Source: Rikenellaceae bacterium | Lineage (GTDB): Bacteria; Bacteroidota; Bacteroidia; Bacteroidales; UBA932 | DNA length: 64,000 nt | Direction: 5' to 3' | NCBI GenBank assembly: GCA_900769145.1 | Contig: CAAGFN010000160.1 | Span: forward strand, 741 to 64,740 | The notes under the pieces: model-generated | The model's input: only the letters and a program-made list of their open reading frames with translations | What the model was told of the DNA's origin: nothing | Databases searched by the model: none | Made by a program: the position numbers and the translations under genes | Shown: positions 59,014 through 64,000 of the stretch, in pieces | How the letters are laid out: each line of letters starts with the position of its first letter | How positions within the stretch are numbered: the stretch's first letter is position 1

Positions 59014-60459
59014 ATGAACACTGAAAATATCATTGGCAGGCAAGAAGAACTTGCAACATTGGAAAGACTCTATAACTCCGACAAGTCGGAATTTCTTGCG
59101 ATATACGGAAGGCGAAGAGTCGGCAAATCCTATCTTGTCGATGAGGCTTTCAGAGGCGAAATAGCATTCTCGGCAGTAGGAATATTCTCAACATCTCCTG
59201 AGGCAAGCCGGAGAAAAATCCAACTCAGGCATTTCTACAACAATCTGCTTGAGTACGGCCTCAACCCAGCTTACAAAGAGCCTGACGACTGGATGGAAGC
59301 ATTCTCTCTGTTGAGAAACCTCCTTTCCCGGAACAACAGCAGACGCATTGTCATTTTCCTGGACGAATTGCCGTGGATGGCAGGCCCCCAGTCCTCCGAA
59401 CTTGTAGAGGAACTGGGATTCTTCTGGAACAACTGGGCAGTGAAGCAGAGAAACATTCTCCTTATCGTCTGCGGCTCCGCTACAAGTTGGATGCTCGACA
59501 ATATTATCCGGGATTATGGCGGATTGCATAGTCGCCTGACGGAGAAGATGTTCCTTTCACCTTTTACTCTCGGGGAAAGCCGGGAATACTACAAAAGGCG
59601 TGGATTCCTGATGTCAGACTATGAAATCGCCCTGTGTCAGATGGCCATAGGCGGAATTCCATATTACATGGACAGGATGTCGCCAGACCGCACATTGACA
59701 CAAAACATCAACAATTTCTATTTCGATAACAAAAGCATTGACCAGGAATTCACTGATGTCTATGCAGGTCTATTTCAGTCCGCCACAAGATACATTGATG
59801 TAGTATGCGCATTGGGCAGGAAATTCTACGGGATGACCCGGAATGAAATCCTTGCAGCAACCAAAATCAGCGGAGGAGGGACATTTACCAAAATAATTGA
59901 CAATCTGAAAGAATGCGGAATCATCCGGTTATATCCACGCTACGGAAAGGGCAGAAAAGAAACAGTCTATCAACTATGCGACTACTTCACATTGTTCTAT
60001 TTGAACTTCGTAAAGAACTCACATTCAAGCAGGGACTGGGGGTCATTCCAGCGCTCACACGAGTACGAAAGTTGGAGCGGAAGGACTTTCGAACTTCTGT
60101 GTTCGCAACATATACGTCAGATAAAGAAAGCCCTTATGGTCAAGTTCGCCGACAAGGAATACTGCTGGTCAGGAGCAACACCTGAGGGGCAAGGCGTACA
60201 AATAGATATGATAATCCCTTCCCCGAACGAAAGGACAGACTATATCTGCGAAATGAAATTTTCCGAAAGCAAATATCTCATCTCCAGCAGTTATGAGGAA
60301 GATATCTTCCGCAAAATCAATGCTTTCAGAAGTTCAAGCCGCCACAAGGCGTCTCATTCCCTGCTATTCGTAATGATTACGTCACTGGGGCTAGTAGAAT
60401 CTGTTCACAACCGGGCAGTCAATATCAGGCTCAGCCTCGATGACCTGTTCAGCCTCTAA
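59014..60459 (+). CDS. AAA+ ATPase (ATPase_2 / Arch_ATPase type) fused to a C-terminal DUF234-like PD-(D/E)xK nuclease-fold domain
   Basis: 481 aa. Walker A GRRRVGKS and Walker B IVIFLDELPW are present. The C-terminus has D...E-x-K spacing (IDMIIP...ICEMKF). The 3' end overlaps sufD by 11 nt, convergently. Confidence 0.8.
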   Translation: MNTENIIGRQEELATLERLYNSDKSEFLAIYGRRRVGKSYLVDEAFRGEIAFSAVGIFSTSPEASRRKIQLRHFYNNLLEYGLNPAYKEPDDWMEAFSLLRNLLSRNNSRRIVIFLDELPWMAGPQSSELVEELGFFWNNWAVKQRNILLIVCGSATSWMLDNIIRDYGGLHSRLTEKMFLSPFTLGESREYYKRRGFLMSDYEIALCQMAIGGIPYYMDRMSPDRTLTQNINNFYFDNKSIDQEFTDVYAGLFQSATRYIDVVCALGRKFYGMTRNEILAATKISGGGTFTKIIDNLKECGIIRLYPRYGKGRKETVYQLCDYFTLFYLNFVKNSHSSRDWGSFQRSHEYESWSGRTFELLCSQHIRQIKKALMVKFADKEYCWSGATPEGQGVQIDMIIPSPNERTDYICEMKFSESKYLISSSYEEDIFRKINAFRSSSRHKASHSLLFVMITSLGLVESVHNRAVNIRLSLDDLFSL

Positions 60460-61210
60460 CGGCGGCCTCGACTTCGGCTGAGAGGTGTTCCCTGGCCTGT
60501 TCGTCAGGAATTGCGGCCAGGACCGGGGCAAGGAAGGAGATTATCTGAAGGACACGGGCCTCGTTCTCCGGGATGCCCCTGGAGCGCATGTAGAACTGTT
60601 CATCCTCATTGAGCTGGCCCACAGTGGCACCGTGGGAGCATTTCACATCATCAGCATAGATTTCGAGCTGGGGCTTGGTCTCGGCGTGTGCGGCCGTGGA
60701 TACCACCAGATTGCGGTTGGTCTGGTAGGCCTCGGTCTTCTGGGCATCCGGAGCCACGACAATCTTGCCGAAGAAGTTGACACGGGAAGAGCCACCGGCA
60801 ACCCCGTTGAAAAGTTGGGAGGAAAGGCATTCAGGCACACGGTGACGCAGGTCGGTGCGGATAGAGAGACGCTCATCCGCATTGCAGAGATAAAGACCGG
60901 AAATCTTCACCTCGGAATGCGGCCCGACAAGGTCAACGGCAATCCTGACATCGGCGGAAACACCCGGAAGCACAACTATCACCATGTTGAGACGGGCATT
61001 GCCGCCCACCACCACATTGCTGAAAGGCAGTTCCTGAACCTGGCCGGGAGCAGCATCGGGGCCAATAGTATAGACACTGCTTACCTCCTGGCCATCAAGC
61101 ACTTCCAAGGTATCAGGCCCAATATAGACCGGAAGGTCCTGATAATGCCCTGCATCGGTCTTTGGAGAAGGGTCGAGGCGGGCAGGTATGGTATTGTCGT
61201 ACTTAATCAT
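60449..61210 (-). CDS. sufD: Fe-S cluster assembly protein SufD, short form (253 aa)
   Basis: The C-terminal SufBD core is present (HGATVGQLNEDEQFYMRSRGIPENEARVL). The start lies 3 nt after the sufC stop. The N-terminal region is much shorter than ~440-aa SufD proteins. Confidence 0.75.
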   Translation of the reverse strand: MIKYDNTIPARLDPSPKTDAGHYQDLPVYIGPDTLEVLDGQEVSSVYTIGPDAAPGQVQELPFSNVVVGGNARLNMVIVVLPGVSADVRIAVDLVGPHSEVKISGLYLCNADERLSIRTDLRHRVPECLSSQLFNGVAGGSSRVNFFGKIVVAPDAQKTEAYQTNRNLVVSTAAHAETKPQLEIYADDVKCSHGATVGQLNEDEQFYMRSRGIPENEARVLQIISFLAPVLAAIPDEQAREHLSAEVEAAVRG

Positions 61211-61212
61211 AA

Positions 61213-61962
61213 TCAGAATATATCGTAGCCCTTTTCCTCAATGATGTCCACAAGTTCACGGCCTCCCGTCTCGACAATGCGGCCGTCCTTCAGCACGTGC
61301 ACGATATCCGGCACAATATAGTCCAGAAGTCTCTTGTAATGGGTAATAACAATGGCTGATTTCTCAGGGGTATGCAGCGACCTGACACCCTCTGCTACAA
61401 TGCGGAGAGCATCCACGTCCAGGCCGCTGTCAGTCTCGTCGAGTATGGACAGTGTCGGATCCAGCATTGCCATCTGGAAAATCTCATTGCGCTTCTTCTC
61501 GCCTCCGGAAAATCCCACATTGACCTCCCTCTTGGCGAACTCCGGACGCATCTGGACGAAGGCCATCTTTTCCTTCATAAGTTTCAGGAAATCACCGGCT
61601 TTCATCGGTTCCTCGCCGGCTGCCTTTCGCTTGGCATTGATGGCGGTCTTCATAAAATTGGTGATTGTCACGCCCGGGATTTCAACCGGGTACTGGAACG
61701 ACATGAAAATGCCGGCCCAGGCCCTCTCCTCCGGCGACATTGCCAGAAGGTCCTGTCCTATGAACTCAATGCTGCCGCCGGTCACGGTGTAAAGCGGCTT
61801 GCCGGTCAGGACGGAGGACAATGTGCTCTTGCCAGCCCCGTTCGGCCCCATTACCGCATGGATTTCGCCCTTGCGGATAGTCAGGTCAATGCCCTTGAGA
61901 ATTTCCTTGTCACCTACAGCAGCGTGCAATCCGCTAATCTGCAGCAATATATCATTTGCCAT
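61213..61962 (-). CDS. sufC: Fe-S cluster assembly ATPase SufC
   Basis: 249 aa with Walker A GPNGAGKST, signature FSGGEKKR and Walker B ILDETDSGLD. Confidence 0.9.
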   Translation of the reverse strand: MANDILLQISGLHAAVGDKEILKGIDLTIRKGEIHAVMGPNGAGKSTLSSVLTGKPLYTVTGGSIEFIGQDLLAMSPEERAWAGIFMSFQYPVEIPGVTITNFMKTAINAKRKAAGEEPMKAGDFLKLMKEKMAFVQMRPEFAKREVNVGFSGGEKKRNEIFQMAMLDPTLSILDETDSGLDVDALRIVAEGVRSLHTPEKSAIVITHYKRLLDYIVPDIVHVLKDGRIVETGGRELVDIIEEKGYDIF

Positions 61963-62006
61963 AAACTATGCTGTGTTTTTCAATGTTGTCAAAAATATCG
62001 GTCCGG

Positions 62007-62663
62007 CTAAGCGTTTTTGCGGTAGAGCCGGGCCCAGGTAATCAGCGACCAGATGCCGTTGATAAGGTAGAGCGAGCAGACTACCGGCATGAAAATGTGG
62101 CCTACGGATATGTGGAGGATGAGTTGGGAGATGTTGACCATCAGCCAGGCTATCCAGCAATCCCATTTCTTCAGGGCGGAGAGCAACTGCGCCACAAGAA
62201 TCAGAATCGTCACGCAGGCATCGAGATAAGGTACCGGGTCCGACGGGAACTTGCCAGGGAATACGGCATTGCCTATGAGGCTTATTACCCAGCCCCAAAT
62301 GCCCGCAAGCAGGAAGATGGAGGCTATGGCAATGACTCTCTGCCGCCAGTCCAGCATTGTCACTTTCAATGCGGTGCTGTCGTCCGAGCTCTGCTCCCCT
62401 GCCTTCGGATGCGTCCAGCGATAATGCCCCAATATATTGATTCCCAATGATATAGGCTGAAGAATGAGATTGGCGTAGAGGTTCTTGTTCCAGAACATCA
62501 GGAAGAGGAGGACGGAGTAGAGGTAGCCCACCCAGAAATTGTACTTGCTGTTGCGGCCCGCAAGGAATACGCAGGTTAGGCCTGCCAATGATGTGAGCAG
62601 GTCAATTAGAAGTACCGGGGTGTCCCCGCCTATTGTAAACAATGTGTAGTTTATCCAGTTCAT
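62007..62663 (-). CDS. pnuC: Nicotinamide riboside / NMN transporter PnuC family
   Basis: 218 aa with seven to eight TM helices. PnuC-like composition and conserved W/N-rich segments (ILGHYRWTHP; WIAWLMVNISQL). Confidence 0.8.
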   Translation of the reverse strand: MNWINYTLFTIGGDTPVLLIDLLTSLAGLTCVFLAGRNSKYNFWVGYLYSVLLFLMFWNKNLYANLILQPISLGINILGHYRWTHPKAGEQSSDDSTALKVTMLDWRQRVIAIASIFLLAGIWGWVISLIGNAVFPGKFPSDPVPYLDACVTILILVAQLLSALKKWDCWIAWLMVNISQLILHISVGHIFMPVVCSLYLINGIWSLITWARLYRKNA

Positions 62664-62693
62664 CTGAAAAATTTTACTTATTAGTGCCTAAGC

Positions 62694-62729
62694 TGTCATC
62701 TCGACCAAGCGAAGCGCGTGGAGAGATCT
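62694..62729 (+). repeat. Solo arm of the intergenic repeat family, between sufB and pnuC
   Basis: tgtcatctcgaccaagcgaagcgcgtggagagatct is nearly identical to arm A of the full elements and to the inverted solo arm at 4931..4966. Confidence 0.6.
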
Positions 62730-62739
62730 CCCGGCCTTA

Positions 62740-64000
62740 CTATCCCACAGACCCCTCCAGCGATACCTGGAGCAGTTTCTGTGCCTCGACAGCGAACTCC
62801 ATAGGGAGCTTGCTGAGCACCTCGCGAGCATATCCGTTGACAATCAGCCCGACGGCTTCCTCCGGCCCGATTCCTCTCTGATTGCAGAAGAAAAGCTGGT
62901 CATCGCTAATCTTGGACGTGGTAGCCTCGTGCTCCACCACAGCCGTGGAATTGTCCGTCCGGATGTCCGGGAAGGTGTGGGCCCCGCATTGGGAACCTAT
63001 CAGGAGGCTGTCGCATTGGGAGAAATTCCTTGCGCCGGCGGCCCCGGGAAGCATTCTCACAAGACCTCTGTAGCTGTTCTGGCTATGTCCTGCCGAGATT
63101 CCCTTGCTGACAATGCGGCTGCGGGTGTTCCTTCCGGCGTGAATCATCTTCGTCCCGGTGTCGGCCTGCTGGTAATTGTTGGTCACTGCTACGGAATAGA
63201 ACTCCGACGAAGAATTGTCGCCCTTGAGGATGGTGCTCGGATATTTCCAGGTGATGGCTGAGCCGGTCTCGACCTGGGTCCAGGAAAGATGTGCCCCTTC
63301 GTGGCATATTCCCCTCTTGGTCACGAGGTTGAGAATGCCTCCGCGGCCTTCCGCATCGCCCGGATACCAGTTCTGGACTGTGCTGTACTTGACATCCGCA
63401 TCCTTGAGAACCACGATTTCCACCACGGCGGCGTGAAGCTGGTTCTCGTCACGCATCGGGGCCGTGCAGCCCTCCATATAACTTACATACGAGCCCTCGT
63501 CGGCCACTATCAATGTCCTCTCGAACTGTCCCGTTCCCTTGGCATTGATACGGAAATAGGAGGAGAGTTCCATCGGGCAGCGGACTCCCTTCGGAATGTA
63601 GCAGAACGAACCGTCGCTGAAAACAGCGGAATTCAGGGCGGCGAAATAATTGTCCCCGGCGGGAACCACGGTGGCGAGATATTTCCGCACCAGGTCAGGG
63701 TGTTCCTTCACGGCCTCGCTGAACGAGCAGAAGATTATTCCCTTGTCAGCCAATTCCTTACGGAATGTCGTGGCCACGGACACTGAGTCGAAGACCGCAT
63801 CCACGGCGGCCACTCCGGCTAAGACTTCCCTCTCCTTCAGGGGAATGCCGAGCTTGTCGAATGTCTCTGCGAGTTTCGGGTCAATCTCCTTCGGCCTGTC
63901 GGCGTCCTTCTTCGGGGCAGCGTAATATATAATGTCCTGATAATCAATATGCGGCATATCCAGGTGACCCCATTCCGGAGCCTCCATCGCCTGCCATTTG
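62740..64000 (-). CDS. sufB: Fe-S cluster assembly protein SufB (N-terminal few residues lie beyond the window)
   Basis: The track ORF is 62740..63987, but the frame stays open to the window edge (...[10 protein letters not shown]). Strong SufB similarity throughout ([13 protein letters not shown]; [18 protein letters not shown]). Confidence 0.9.
   Translation of the reverse strand, partial: KWQAMEAPEWGHLDMPHIDYQDIIYYAAPKKDADRPKEIDPKLAETFDKLGIPLKEREVLAGVAAVDAVFDSVSVATTFRKELADKGIIFCSFSEAVKEHPDLVRKYLATVVPAGDNYFAALNSAVFSDGSFCYIPKGVRCPMELSSYFRINAKGTGQFERTLIVADEGSYVSYMEGCTAPMRDENQLHAAVVEIVVLKDADVKYSTVQNWYPGDAEGRGGILNLVTKRGICHEGAHLSWTQVETGSAITWKYPSTILKGDNSSSEFYSVAVTNNYQQADTGTKMIHAGRNTRSRIVSKGISAGHSQNSYRGLVRMLPGAAGARNFSQCDSLLIGSQCGAHTFPDIRTDNSTAVVEHEATTSKISDDQLFFCNQRGIGPEEAVGLIVNGYAREVLSKLPMEFAVEAQKLLQVSLEGSVG

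Overview
The window is a 64 kb Bacteroidales-type chromosomal segment. The assignment rests on SusC/SusD pairs, lipoprotein signal peptides and recurrent TAnnTTTG -7 promoter boxes; GC is roughly mid-50s % by eye. Most of it is ordinary PUL and housekeeping content, and the repeat family described last is the best candidate for something undescribed.

Left part (1..30.7 kb) is a polysaccharide-utilisation region:
- Two tandem SusC/SusD pairs plus a DUF lipoprotein.
- A GH-A clan glycosidase, and a translationally coupled metallophosphoesterase.
- Three Ser-type sulfatase domains, one of them fused in a single 1498-aa ORF to a GH2 beta-galactosidase and a C-terminal beta-sandwich.
- A LacZ-like GH2, two alpha/beta-hydrolase esterases and a GH97.
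- A 5'-truncated, lower-GC DNA cytosine-5 methyltransferase at the left edge. It is not in the ORF track because it runs off the window.

Middle and right part is housekeeping:
- mutS, a GT4-like glycosyltransferase, a YidE/AspT-type transporter, a C69 dipeptidase and pheS.
- MlaF and MlaE with an inserted small membrane protein.
- yifB/comM, an M23 peptidase and a TPR protein.
- An ECF sigma factor paired with an unusual anti-sigma / OM beta-barrel fusion.
- tsaE, a PPTase, nagB and a NagB-like/PIG-L fusion.
- A large BACON-type surface lipoprotein, an RlmI-like methyltransferase and ubiE.
- An AAA+ ATPase / PD-(D/E)xK protein preceded by two palindromic units.
- A rearranged suf locus: sufB, then pnuC, then sufC and a short sufD.

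The most notable non-genic signal is a family of ~140-bp intergenic repeats. Each has perfect or near-perfect 16-bp terminal inverted repeats and a second internal long inverted repeat (MITE/REP-BIME-like). There are three full copies and two solo-arm copies, all intergenic, one of them inside the suf locus. I recognise no named element in it.

No rRNA, tRNA or CRISPR array was detected. Most long +/- shadow ORFs in the track are high-GC antisense artefacts of the real genes.
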